Assembly (NCBI GenBank): GCA_028819345.1 | Contig: JAPPLW010000103.1 | Location: 98,424-162,423 of the forward strand | Length of the DNA: 64,000 nucleotides | Direction of reading: 5' to 3' | Source: a bacterium | GTDB taxonomy: Bacteria; Actinomycetota; Acidimicrobiia; Spongiisociales; ZC4RG35 | Part shown: in pieces, positions 29,272-38,727 of the stretch | Position numbering within the stretch: the first letter of the stretch is position 1 | Layout of the letters: the number at the start of each line of letters is the position of its first letter | Made by a program: the position numbers and the translations under genes | The notes under the pieces: generated by a model | Told to the model about the DNA's origin: nothing | The model's input: only the letters and a program-made list of their open reading frames with translations | Database searches by the model: none

Positions 29272-31113
29272 TTACAGCCCGATTCGCTGATGTTTCCGTT
29301 CCGCTTCGGACTGTCCCCTGGCAATCCTCACCTGTTCCCTTTCGCTCACCTCAGGTATGCCCACCTCCCACCAGGCTCCTCCCTCGCCCCATTGGTAGGG
29401 ATGAGTCTCGATTGCGATCACATAGGTCCGGTCCGCTTCCTTGGCGCGCCGGTAGGCGGCGGGCAACTGATCGAGTCGTTCAACCCGTTCGGCCAGCGCG
29501 CCCATGGAGCGTGCGTGTTCCACGAAGTCAACCCGGGTCATCCTCCGGTGACGGGAAGAAGCAAGCAGGTTGTTGAACTCCTCTCCTCCCACGTTGACCT
29601 GCAGCCGGTTGATGACGGCGAAGCCGCCGTTGTCGCACACGATGACGATCAACTTATGGCCGCTGAACACGCTGGAGTAGATGTCCGAGTTCATCATCAG
29701 GTACCCACCGTCTCCCACCCACGTCATCACATCGCGATCACCGAGAGCCATCTTGGCTCCCCAGGCGCCGGAGATCTCGTATCCCATGGTGGAGTAGCCG
29801 AACTCGCAATCGAAGGTCCCCACCCGTTTCGACCTCCACCCCATGTTGAGTTCACCGGGAAGCCCTCCTGCCGCGGAGAGGCAGTAGTCGTCGGGATCGC
29901 TGACCTGCCAAATGGTCTGGATCACCGACTGGTATGCGGGCGGAGTGTGGGAACGAGCCAGCCAACTGTCCAGATAGGTGTTCCATCCGTCCATCTGGGT
30001 CCGGCTGGTCTCCATCCAATCCGTTGGCGCCCGGTAGTCCCCCAGGAGGCCGTCGATCGCTTCCAGACTCATCCGGGCATCGCCGATGACCGCCTGTGAG
30101 TGCTGCTTGAGAGCGTCCCATCGGGCAGCGTTGACGGTGACGAACCGCACGTCCGGACGCTGGAAGGCAGTCCACGATCCGGTGGTGAAGTCCTGGAGCC
30201 GGGTGCCGACCGCCAACACCAGGTCCGCTCGGGCAGCCAGATAGTTGGCGGATGCTCCTCCGATCACTCCGATGGTCCCGGCGTAGTTGGGATGGCTGTG
30301 CTCCATTACGGCTTTGCCGGCCACCGTCTCCACTACCGGTATGCCTCTCCGTACCGCGAAATCGGCCAATTCCCGGCCCGCGTCGGAGTAATGGACGCCC
30401 CCGCCGGCGATGATCAGGGGCTGTCGGGCCTGTTTGATCAGGGCGGCGGCGGCCGCCGTGTCCCGGGAATCGGGGACAGGCCGGCGGATGTAGTGGACCC
30501 GCTCGGCGAAGAAGGCGCTCGGGTAGCTGTAGGCCTCCGACTGGACGTCCTGTGGAAGGGCGATGAAGGCCGGTCCGCAATCGGCGGGATCCAGCATGAC
30601 TCCCAGGGCCTGGGGGAGGGACTGGACGATCTGCTCCGGCCGGGTGATGCGGTCCCAGTAACGAGACACCGGCCGGAAGGTGTCGCACACCGTCGTGGTG
30701 GGGTCATCGAAGTTCTCCACCTGCTGCAGCACGGGATCGACGATCCGGTGAGTGAAGGTGTCGCCGCCGAACAGCAGTATGGGGAGCCGGTTGGCATGCG
30801 CCGCCGCCGCGGCGGTGATCATGTTGGTGCATCCCGGGCCGATCGAAGCGGACGCCACCATGATCTGTCGGCGGCGGCGGGCCTTGGCGAAGGCCATGGC
30901 CGCCAGGGCCATGCCCTGCTCGTTCTGTCCCCGCCAGGTGGGGAGTTGATCGGAGACCGGTTGGAGGGCTTCCCCCAAGCAACTGACGTTGCCGTGCCCG
31001 AAAATAGCGAAGACGCCGGGGAACAGCGGTACCGTCTCGCCGTCGATCACGGTCTTTTGGGCAATCAGCCATTTGACCACGGCTTGCGCCATCGTAAGCC
31101 GGATCGTCTCCAT
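29272..31113 (-). CDS. iolD: 3D-(3,5/4)-trihydroxycyclohexane-1,2-dione acylhydrolase (TPP enzyme)
   Basis: N-terminus METIRLTMAQAVVKWL is typical of IolD. TPP-binding motif GDGGYLMMNSD. 613 aa. RBS AAGGAGA upstream. Confidence 0.9.
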   Translation of the reverse strand: METIRLTMAQAVVKWLIAQKTVIDGETVPLFPGVFAIFGHGNVSCLGEALQPVSDQLPTWRGQNEQGMALAAMAFAKARRRRQIMVASASIGPGCTNMITAAAAAHANRLPILLFGGDTFTHRIVDPVLQQVENFDDPTTTVCDTFRPVSRYWDRITRPEQIVQSLPQALGVMLDPADCGPAFIALPQDVQSEAYSYPSAFFAERVHYIRRPVPDSRDTAAAAALIKQARQPLIIAGGGVHYSDAGRELADFAVRRGIPVVETVAGKAVMEHSHPNYAGTIGVIGGASANYLAARADLVLAVGTRLQDFTTGSWTAFQRPDVRFVTVNAARWDALKQHSQAVIGDARMSLEAIDGLLGDYRAPTDWMETSRTQMDGWNTYLDSWLARSHTPPAYQSVIQTIWQVSDPDDYCLSAAGGLPGELNMGWRSKRVGTFDCEFGYSTMGYEISGAWGAKMALGDRDVMTWVGDGGYLMMNSDIYSSVFSGHKLIVIVCDNGGFAVINRLQVNVGGEEFNNLLASSRHRRMTRVDFVEHARSMGALAERVERLDQLPAAYRRAKEADRTYVIAIETHPYQWGEGGAWWEVGIPEVSEREQVRIARGQSEAERKHQRIGL

Positions 31114-31521
31114 GCTCAGTCGTCTCCTTGGTTGTGTTCCCTGGGCGTCTCCCCGAGGGCGCCTTCCGGGTCAACATCGGAACAGGCAATCGCTTCCAGG
31201 GCTCCCGATCCAAGCGATCGGGTCAAGCGGGATAATACTCTGTTCACTTCGCTCGTCCTCCTAAAAAGAGATCATCTCGTGGGTGGAAGGTCGGTTTTGT
31301 TCCACCCCGCCGGATGACTTTGGCGGGTGTTCCGTTTCCCTCCACGTTCCATCCTGCGGGATGATATCGGATCTGAACATTGATAACCCTTGCCCTCCTA
31401 TGAGGGGTCGATTCCCTCGATGAGGCCTACCGGGAGTGGTTCCGGGAGTTCAGAGCCGGCTCCGGGGTGGCCGATATCATGGCTTCATGAGGGTTAGGGC
31501 CAGGTAGCGGCAGGTAGGCCG

Positions 31522-32799
31522 ATGAGCAAGCCTTCCTGGTACAGCCCTCTGATCAGGTCCGAGGACTGGGTGTCGGTCTGGCTGGGCGCCGCTTTGATCT
31601 TCCTGACGATTGTCGGGGTGCGACCCGTCCTGCCTTCTTTCTCGTGGAGTGCTGGTTCGCCAGGCGGGTTGCTCTCGGCCGACAACGTGTTGGCAGCCCT
31701 GGTGCTGGGACTTCTGCTGATGGCGCTCTCTGCAGCGGGCCTCCGTCTGATGGGAGGGGATGTGAGGGCCTATGTCGTCGGGTTTGCGGTCCTCTTCGGC
31801 CTGGGCTGGGCATCCCAGATGGTGGCGGGAATCCCCACCCTGAAGGAGTGGGGGATCAGTTACGTAATCGTCTCCCTGGTAGTGGGCCTGGTCATCTCCA
31901 ACCTGGGCTCTGTCCCGCCATGGATGAAAGAGGCGGTCCGGACCGAGTACTACATCAAGACCGGACTGGTGATTCTCGGCTCGTCCATCCTCTTTGGGGA
32001 GATCCTCCGCGCCGGCCTGTTCGGCCTGGGCCAAGCCCTGCTGGTCATCCTGGTGGTGTGGAGGTTCTGCTACTGGTTTTGCCGCCGGATCCGGGTGGAC
32101 AAGGAATTCTCGGTGATCCTGGCCACCGCCGTCTCCATCTGTGGCGTTTCGGCGGCCATCGCGGCCTGCGGTGCGGTGGGGGGTGACCGGAAGAAACTCT
32201 CCTATGTCACTTCCCTGGTGCTGATCGTGGCCGCTCCGATGGCGATCTTCATGCCCGCCATAGCCGAGAGCGTGGGTTTGGCGCCGGTCGTTGCGGGCGC
32301 CTGGCTGGGAGGGACCATTGACACATCCGGCGCGGTGGTGGCCTCCGGGGAGATTCTTGGCGAATCAGCCTTGAATGCAGCGGTGATCGTGAAGTTCTCG
32401 CAAAACGCCCTGTTGGGCCTGGCGGCCTTTGCCATATCACTGTGGTGGGCCTTCCGCGGCGCGGGTGACCGGGAGGAGCGACCCACCGCCGGGATGATCT
32501 GGGATAGGTTCCCCAAATTCGTGCTCGGGTTCATGGTGGTGTCCCTCCTGTTCTCCTTCCTGCTGAGTCCCGAGGTGGTCGACGCCACCGGCGGCCTGCT
32601 GAAAGGCATACGGACCTGGTGGTTCTCTCTGGCTTTCCTCTGCATCGGACTCGAGACTCGTTTCCGGGACCTGGTGTCCATGGATGGCGGCCGGCCTGCC
32701 GCGGGGTTCCTGGTGGCCCAGGGGGTCAACATTCTCTGGACGCTCGGGGTGGCCTGGCTGCTATTCGGGGGCGTCCTGTTTTCGGTGCCGGACCTCTGA
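31522..32799 (+). CDS. YeiH/UPF0324 family membrane protein (putative sulfate-exporter family transporter)
   Basis: Polytopic membrane protein of 425 aa. ILATAVSICGVSAAIAA and AWLGGTIDTSGAVVASG blocks are characteristic of the UPF0324 family. Confidence 0.75.
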   Translation: MSKPSWYSPLIRSEDWVSVWLGAALIFLTIVGVRPVLPSFSWSAGSPGGLLSADNVLAALVLGLLLMALSAAGLRLMGGDVRAYVVGFAVLFGLGWASQMVAGIPTLKEWGISYVIVSLVVGLVISNLGSVPPWMKEAVRTEYYIKTGLVILGSSILFGEILRAGLFGLGQALLVILVVWRFCYWFCRRIRVDKEFSVILATAVSICGVSAAIAACGAVGGDRKKLSYVTSLVLIVAAPMAIFMPAIAESVGLAPVVAGAWLGGTIDTSGAVVASGEILGESALNAAVIVKFSQNALLGLAAFAISLWWAFRGAGDREERPTAGMIWDRFPKFVLGFMVVSLLFSFLLSPEVVDATGGLLKGIRTWWFSLAFLCIGLETRFRDLVSMDGGRPAAGFLVAQGVNILWTLGVAWLLFGGVLFSVPDL

Positions 32800-32802
32800 G
32801 GG

Positions 32803-33969
32803 TCAGAGGGTCCCCACGCTCTCCCACGCCCTCGATTCCCATGAACGGGCCATGGCTTCCTGGACCTCGGCCACCCGCGCCGACGCTTCGAAGTCGGGTG
32901 AGAATCTCGCCCCCGATCCGACCGCCTGCAGGAACTCGTACAACTCGATGAGCTTCAAGGCCTCGTAGCCGATCGAATTCCCGTGGCCGGGGACGATGTT
33001 GCCCTGGTGGGGGAGCCAGTCTCCAGCCAGGACCTGGACGAACCCGTCGACGGGTTGCTCTTCGGGCAGGTACAACTCCAGTGCGTTGAGCTTCTCGTGC
33101 GACCAGGAAGCAGCCCCCTTGGTCCCGTTCAGTTCGAAGGCCATGTCGCTCTGCGGACCGACGATGGTCCGGTCGGATTCCAGGGTCCCCCGAGCGCCGT
33201 TCTCGAACTCCACCAGGGCTCCGACGTAGTCCTCATTGGTCACCGGCCCGGTGGGATCGGTGGCCGAGCCCACGTCATAGTGGGTTCCCTCTCCGGGGAT
33301 GGGAATGGGACGATGGGCGATGAAGGTCTCCCTGGTGGCCACCACCCGTCGGATGGGTCCGCACAGGAACAGGGCCATATCGATGGCGTGGGACATGATG
33401 TCGGTCAGCGTCCCGTATCGAGACTTCTCGGTGAATCGCCAGGTGAGCAGGGAGAGCGGGTCCCGCCCGTACATCGAGAAGAACCTTCCCCTGTAGTGGG
33501 TGAGGTGGCCGAATCGGCCCTCCTGGATTAGGGCGTGCACATGCTGGACCAGCGGCACCCACCGGTAGTTATAGCCGCATCCCGACAGCACCCCGGCTGT
33601 TCGGATGGCGCTCGCGATGGCCAAGGTGTCTTCCGGATGTCCTCCCACCGGCTTCTCGCAGAAGACGGTCTTGCCGGCGGCTGCCGCTTCCTCGGCGATC
33701 ACCCGGTGCAGGGCGTTCGGAGCGGTTATGTCGACGATCTCCACTTCGGGGTGGTGGACCACCTCTCTCCAGTCCGAGCCTCCTCTTTCATATCCGAAGT
33801 CCTCGACCGCAGTGACGACCCGCGACGAGACCGGATCAGCCATCGCCACCAGTCTCGGGCGGATGTCGCTCTCGGGAAAGTAGACCTCGATGTTTCTGAA
33901 GGCGCGGGTGTGGGACTGGCCCATCCATCCGAATCCGATCAGCCCGATCCCTGGGACTTTCCTGCTCAT
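32803..33969 (-). CDS. iolG: Gfo/Idh/MocA family oxidoreductase, inositol 2-dehydrogenase-like
   Basis: N-terminal Rossmann motif IGLIGFGWMGQSH. FCEKP motif. 388 aa from the ATG at 33969. Lies in the iol cluster. Confidence 0.75.
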   Translation of the reverse strand: MSRKVPGIGLIGFGWMGQSHTRAFRNIEVYFPESDIRPRLVAMADPVSSRVVTAVEDFGYERGGSDWREVVHHPEVEIVDITAPNALHRVIAEEAAAAGKTVFCEKPVGGHPEDTLAIASAIRTAGVLSGCGYNYRWVPLVQHVHALIQEGRFGHLTHYRGRFFSMYGRDPLSLLTWRFTEKSRYGTLTDIMSHAIDMALFLCGPIRRVVATRETFIAHRPIPIPGEGTHYDVGSATDPTGPVTNEDYVGALVEFENGARGTLESDRTIVGPQSDMAFELNGTKGAASWSHEKLNALELYLPEEQPVDGFVQVLAGDWLPHQGNIVPGHGNSIGYEALKLIELYEFLQAVGSGARFSPDFEASARVAEVQEAMARSWESRAWESVGTL

Positions 33970-34004
33970 CTCATCGCGGCCGATCTGTGCGACAACGCTC
34001 AATC

Positions 34005-35000
34005 CTAGGGGCTGAGACCCGCCCGTTCCATCACTTCGGGGTTGACCAGGTAGCTGGGGCGGCGCCCCGCCATTACCGAAAGGACCTGGCTTATCGCCTC
34101 CGCCAGCATCCGCCCCTTGGCCTCCGTGGTCCAAGCCGCCACGTGAGGGGAGACCAGCACATTCTCGAAGCCGAGCAACGGGTGGCCGACTGGGAGCGGC
34201 TCGGGATCGGTGACGTCCAGGCCGACCGCCCGCAGATGGCCCGAGGAGACCGCCTCCACCAGCGCGTCGGTGTTGACCACCGGCCCGCGGGAGGTGTTGA
34301 TCAAAATGGCGTCCGGTTTCATCAAACCGAGCATCTTCAGGTCGAACAGGTCCCGAGTATCAGGAATGAGGGGAACATGGATGGAGACGACATCGGCGGA
34401 GGCGACCATCTCCGCCAGATCCGGCGCCCGGGTTACGGACCCGAATTGCTCGTCGGTCAGATATGGGTCGAATGCGGTTACCTCCATTCCGATGGCGGCG
34501 GCCATGGCGGCCACCCGGCGAGGAATCCGGCCAAACCCCACCAGTGCCAGGACCTTTTGGTTCAGTTCCACCGCCCTGTGGTTCTTGATGCTCGCCAGAT
34601 CGCCTTGTCGCAGTTGGCGCTGGAGGATGGGAAGGCGTTTGGCGACCGCCAGCATCAGTGCGATCGCCTGCTCGGCGGTGGGGATGGTGGGTCCCTCGGG
34701 GAAGTTGCAGACACATATTCCCCGCTCGGTGGCGTCCTCCACCACGATGGCGTCGTAGCCGATCCCGGTGCGGGCGATGATCGCCAGGTTCGGCACCCGA
34801 TCCATCACCTCCCCGTCGAACCGGCTGTGTCCCGCCAATATGGCCTTGGCCTCTTCGATGCCGCGGTAGGGGTCCCCGGGATCGCCCGGGCCCAAGACCT
34901 TTATTCCTGACTTGTGCACCTCGTCCATCCCCGGCCAGTTGACGCGCTCGAACCAGACCGGATAGGGGGATGCGGTGGACTCTGCTTTGGTGTTCGCCAT
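34005..35000 (-). CDS. D-isomer-specific 2-hydroxyacid dehydrogenase family protein
   Basis: NAD-binding LALVGFGRIPRRVA. Catalytic region SIHVPL..TRDL and NTSRGPVV. SPHVAAWT histidine motif. Confidence 0.85.
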   Translation of the reverse strand: MANTKAESTASPYPVWFERVNWPGMDEVHKSGIKVLGPGDPGDPYRGIEEAKAILAGHSRFDGEVMDRVPNLAIIARTGIGYDAIVVEDATERGICVCNFPEGPTIPTAEQAIALMLAVAKRLPILQRQLRQGDLASIKNHRAVELNQKVLALVGFGRIPRRVAAMAAAIGMEVTAFDPYLTDEQFGSVTRAPDLAEMVASADVVSIHVPLIPDTRDLFDLKMLGLMKPDAILINTSRGPVVNTDALVEAVSSGHLRAVGLDVTDPEPLPVGHPLLGFENVLVSPHVAAWTTEAKGRMLAEAISQVLSVMAGRRPSYLVNPEVMERAGLSP

Positions 35001-35107
35001 GTTGGGCTAGGTTAGAAGGTCTGCCCGGCGATCCTGCGGAACACCTGGCTGCTCTCCAGGTCCTTGAGAGGACGTTGAGGGGTGACGGGAAGTCCGCCCG
35101 GCGGGGA

Positions 35108-35437
35108 CTAGGGCGCCCCCCTTCCTCTGATCCTTCCCCACAGAAGCGCCACGGCCAGGACGACGAAAATCAACCCTGCCATCAGGCGCCACCTGGTCAG
35201 GAGCAGCAACCCGCCTCCCGCCACCGCCAGAACCACCCCCCACCTCATGGAACTGAGAGCCGGGTAGGCCAGCCACACGGCCGCCAGCAGGATGTCGGCC
35301 CGGAGCAGCACCGAGGCGGTCTCCGGATATCCCTGCCACCACGTCAGAGCCGAGGCCGCAGTGAGGCAGAGAACGGCCACTCCCAGAAGCAGGCGGCGGT
35401 AGTCGGGGGAGTCGGCGCGTTCTTCGCTCATCTCCAT
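35108..35437 (-). CDS. Small hypothetical membrane protein
   Basis: Three predicted TM helices after MEMSEERADSPDYRR. The ATG is at 35437 or 35431. The longer upstream part of the ORF lacks a coding signature. Confidence 0.45.
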   Translation of the reverse strand: MEMSEERADSPDYRRLLLGVAVLCLTAASALTWWQGYPETASVLLRADILLAAVWLAYPALSSMRWGVVLAVAGGGLLLLTRWRLMAGLIFVVLAVALLWGRIRGRGAP

Positions 35438-35482
35438 CAAGCTAGCGGTCATGCGGCCGCGATTTTCTAAACTCCCTCTCCT

Positions 35483-35767
35483 ATGCCGATAGATGTTGAT
35501 GTCGCCCACGTCGCCAACCTGGCGCGGTTGGCTCTGACTCCGGACCTCCTGGACCGGTACCGAAAGGAATTGGGGGTCATCCTGGACCATGCCTCCCGGG
35601 TGCAGGAAGTCGACACGTCGGCCGCCGCCCCGCTTGCTCATCCGCTGGGGCAGACCAACGTGTTCCGGGCCGACGAGGTGCGCCCCTCCCTCGACCGCGA
35701 TGAGGTGTTGGAGATGGCGCCGGAAACCCGGGACGGCTTCTTCGTGACCTCCCCGGCCCTGGACTGA
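35483..35767 (+). CDS. gatC: Asp-tRNA(Asn)/Glu-tRNA(Gln) amidotransferase subunit C
   Basis: 94 aa. VAHVANLARLALTPDLLDRY...LDHASRVQEVD is the typical GatC sequence. Directly upstream of gatA. Confidence 0.9.
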   Translation: MPIDVDVAHVANLARLALTPDLLDRYRKELGVILDHASRVQEVDTSAAAPLAHPLGQTNVFRADEVRPSLDRDEVLEMAPETRDGFFVTSPALD

Positions 35768-35775
35768 CCCGACGG

Positions 35776-37260
35776 ATGCCCTCCGGACCGCTCTCGATAG
35801 GCGCCGCCGGCGCGGCGCTGCGTTCCGGGGAGGCCACCGCCGTCGAGTTGCTGGCGGCGGTGATGTCCCGGGCGGAGATGACCGAGTCGGAGTTGCACTG
35901 TTACCTCAACCTCGACCGGGAGGGGGCCATGGCGGCCGCCCGTCAGGCTGACAGAGAGTTGGACAGGGGGGAGGACCGGGGGCCTCTCCACGGTATCCCC
36001 GTGGCTGTGAAGGACAACATGTGCACCCGCGGGTTGGAGACCACCTGCTCCTCGAAGATCCTGGCCGGGTACCGACCCCCGTACGACGCCACGGCGGTGG
36101 CGCGGCTGCGGGAGGCGGGAGCAGTGATCATCGGGAAGACCAACCTGGACGAATTCGCCATGGGCAGCTCAACCGAGAACTCGGCCTACGGGCCCACCCG
36201 CAATCCCTGGGACACCGGCCGGGTCCCTGGAGGATCGTCGGGGGGTTCGGCGGCGGCGGTTGCGGCCGGCTCGGCGATCGCCGCCCTGGGGTCGGACACC
36301 GGCGGCTCAATTCGCCAGCCGGCCTCCCTGTGCGGAGTGGTGGGGCTGAAGCCCACTTACGGTTTGGTCAGCCGGTACGGGTTGGTGGCGTTTGCTTCGT
36401 CACTGGACCAGATCGGGCCGCTCACCCGTACCGTGGGGGACGCAGCGCTCCTGCTGTCCGCCGTGGCCGGCCACGATCCCGCCGACGCCACTTCCTATGC
36501 CGGACCGGTTCCTGACTTTGCGGGGAGCCTGGACAGGGGTGTGGACGGGCTGAGGCTGGGAGTGGTGAAGGAGTTGGGAGGTGATGGGTACCAACCCGAG
36601 GTCTCGGAGACGACCGGGGAGATGCTGGACAAGCTGGCGGCCCAGGGCGCCGAGGTGGTGGAAGTCTCCCTCCCGTTATTCGAAGTGGCGCTCTCCGCCT
36701 ATTACCTGATCGCGCCTGCCGAGTGCTCGGCCAATCTCGCCCGGTTCGACGGGATGCGCTACGGGCTCTCCATCAAGGGCTCCACCGCCTCGGCCACCAT
36801 GGCCGGGACCCGCGCCGAGGGTTTCGGCCCGGAGGTGACCAGGCGCATCCTGCTGGGGACCTATGCCCTTTCAGCCGGGTACTTCGATGCTTTCTACGGG
36901 CAGGCTCAGAGAGTTCGCTCCCTGCTGCAAGCGGAGTTTGATGAGGCCTACCGCAAGGTGGACGTGCTCGTCTCCCCGACCAGTCCCACCACCGCCTTCC
37001 GGTTGGGCGAGCGGACCCAGGATCCCCTGGCTATGTACATGAGCGACATCTGCACCATCCCCTCCAACCTGTCGGGACATCCTGCCATCTCCGTGCCGAT
37101 CGGCCTCGACTCCAAGCACCTGCCCATCGGCTTCCAGGTGATGGCGCCGGCTCTCGGTGAGCAGGTGATGATGGCCGTGGCGGCGGAGGTGGAGAGACTG
37201 GCCGGCTTTGACGCCCTGCCCCCGCCGGCGCTGGCCCCACCGCCCGGGGTGCCGCTGTGA
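35776..37260 (+). CDS. gatA: Asp-tRNA(Asn)/Glu-tRNA(Gln) amidotransferase subunit A
   Basis: Amidase signature GGSSGGSAAAVAAG...GSDTGGSIRQPA. LHGIPVAVKDN motif. 494 aa. Confidence 0.95.
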   Translation: MPSGPLSIGAAGAALRSGEATAVELLAAVMSRAEMTESELHCYLNLDREGAMAAARQADRELDRGEDRGPLHGIPVAVKDNMCTRGLETTCSSKILAGYRPPYDATAVARLREAGAVIIGKTNLDEFAMGSSTENSAYGPTRNPWDTGRVPGGSSGGSAAAVAAGSAIAALGSDTGGSIRQPASLCGVVGLKPTYGLVSRYGLVAFASSLDQIGPLTRTVGDAALLLSAVAGHDPADATSYAGPVPDFAGSLDRGVDGLRLGVVKELGGDGYQPEVSETTGEMLDKLAAQGAEVVEVSLPLFEVALSAYYLIAPAECSANLARFDGMRYGLSIKGSTASATMAGTRAEGFGPEVTRRILLGTYALSAGYFDAFYGQAQRVRSLLQAEFDEAYRKVDVLVSPTSPTTAFRLGERTQDPLAMYMSDICTIPSNLSGHPAISVPIGLDSKHLPIGFQVMAPALGEQVMMAVAAEVERLAGFDALPPPALAPPPGVPL

Positions 37261-38699
37261 AGTGGGAGCCGGTGATCGGGATCGAGGTCCACGTGGAGTT
37301 GGACACCGACTCCAAGATGTTTTGCGGTTGCCGGGTGTCCTTCGGCGATCCCCCCAACACCCATGTCTGCCCCGTGTGCCTGGCCCTGCCCGGCTCTCTT
37401 CCCGTGCCCAACCGGAAGGCTATCGAGAGGATCATCCGGCTGGGACTGGCCCTCAACTGTCGAATAAACCCCGGCTCGGTCTTTCATCGCAAGAACTACT
37501 ACTACGCCGATCTGCCCAAGAACTACCAGATCAGCCAGTTCGATGTTCCGGTGTGCGTGGACGGTTGGTTGGACGTGGAGTCGGATGACAGCCGGTTCCG
37601 GGTGGGGATAGAGCGGGTGCACATGGAGGAGGACACCGGAAAGTCGGTGCATGTCGGCGAGGGGGGAAGGATCCACTCGGCGGCGGAGACCCTGGTGGAC
37701 TTCAACCGGGCCGGCACCCCCCTGGTTGAGATAGTCTCTCGCCCCGATCTGCGAAGCGCGGCCGATGCGCGAACCTATGCCCAGGAGTTGCGGGCCGTCG
37801 TGGTGGAGACCGGGGTCTCCGACGCCCGGATGGAGAGGGGCTCGATCCGGTTCGACGCCAATGTGTCCATCCGCCCGGAGGGGAGCCCGGAGTTGGGCGT
37901 GAAGGTGGAGATAAAGAACATGAACTCCTTCCGATCGCTGGAGAGGGCCATTCGCTCCGAGATCGAGCGGCAGACCGCGCTGATCACCGCTGGTGAGAGG
38001 GTGGTCATGGAGACCCGGCACTGGGACGAGGAAGGGGAGGTGACTCACGGGATGCGCACCAAGGAGGGAAGCTCCGACTACCGCTATTTCACCGAGCCGG
38101 ACCTGGCGCCCATGGTCTTCGACGGCTCCTGGGTGGAGGAGGCCCGGTCTCATCTGCCCGAGCTCCCAGCTCTCCGACGGGATCGCTACCGCGGGATGGG
38201 AGTGAAGCCCGCCGCGGCCCGGGTGCTTGCTTCTTCCGATCCACAACTCCGGAGCCTGTTCGAGGAGGCCGTGGCGTCCGGCGCCGATGCGGTGGCTGCC
38301 GGCAACTGGGTGACGGGTGAAGTGACGGCCTCTCTCCGGCGCAGGGAGGTCTCACTGGAGGATGTTCCGCTCGGGGGAGAGCAGATCGCCGCGCTGACCC
38401 GGATGGTCAGCGAAGGCCGGGTGTCAGCCAGCGCCGCCCGTGAGGTCCTGGAGGGCGTGATGAACGGTGAGGGGAGTCCGTCCGAGGTGGCTGACCGGCG
38501 AAATCTATTGCAACTCTCGGACCGCACGGCTCTGGAAGAGTTGGTGCAGGAGGTGATGGCCGCCAATCCCGAGGCGGTGGAGCGCTACCGATCGGGCGAA
38601 CGCAAGGTGCGAGGCTTCCTGGTGGGTCAGGTGATGAGGGCCACCTCCGGCCGCGCCGACCCTCGAGCGGTCAACGAAATACTCACCGCCCGCCTGTAA
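37257..38699 (+). CDS. gatB: Asp-tRNA(Asn)/Glu-tRNA(Gln) amidotransferase subunit B
   Basis: GTGA overlap with the gatA stop. WEPVIGIEVHVEL, KNYYYADLPKNYQISQ and EIKNMNSFRS motifs. C-terminal YqeY-like tail. Confidence 0.95.
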   Translation: MKWEPVIGIEVHVELDTDSKMFCGCRVSFGDPPNTHVCPVCLALPGSLPVPNRKAIERIIRLGLALNCRINPGSVFHRKNYYYADLPKNYQISQFDVPVCVDGWLDVESDDSRFRVGIERVHMEEDTGKSVHVGEGGRIHSAAETLVDFNRAGTPLVEIVSRPDLRSAADARTYAQELRAVVVETGVSDARMERGSIRFDANVSIRPEGSPELGVKVEIKNMNSFRSLERAIRSEIERQTALITAGERVVMETRHWDEEGEVTHGMRTKEGSSDYRYFTEPDLAPMVFDGSWVEEARSHLPELPALRRDRYRGMGVKPAAARVLASSDPQLRSLFEEAVASGADAVAAGNWVTGEVTASLRRREVSLEDVPLGGEQIAALTRMVSEGRVSASAAREVLEGVMNGEGSPSEVADRRNLLQLSDRTALEELVQEVMAANPEAVERYRSGERKVRGFLVGQVMRATSGRADPRAVNEILTARL

Positions 38700-38727
38700 C
38701 TACGGGTCCTCGCCGGTTCGGTAGGGG

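Noticed and set aside
31261-31380. 39-codon minus-strand ORF (MFRSDIIPQDGTWRETEHPPKSSGGVEQNRPSTHEMISF) in the iolD upstream spacer
   Set aside because: It has only a weak GGAGGG upstream, a hydrophilic featureless product and unremarkable codon usage. There is not enough evidence to call a gene, so it is treated as part of the structured non-coding leader.
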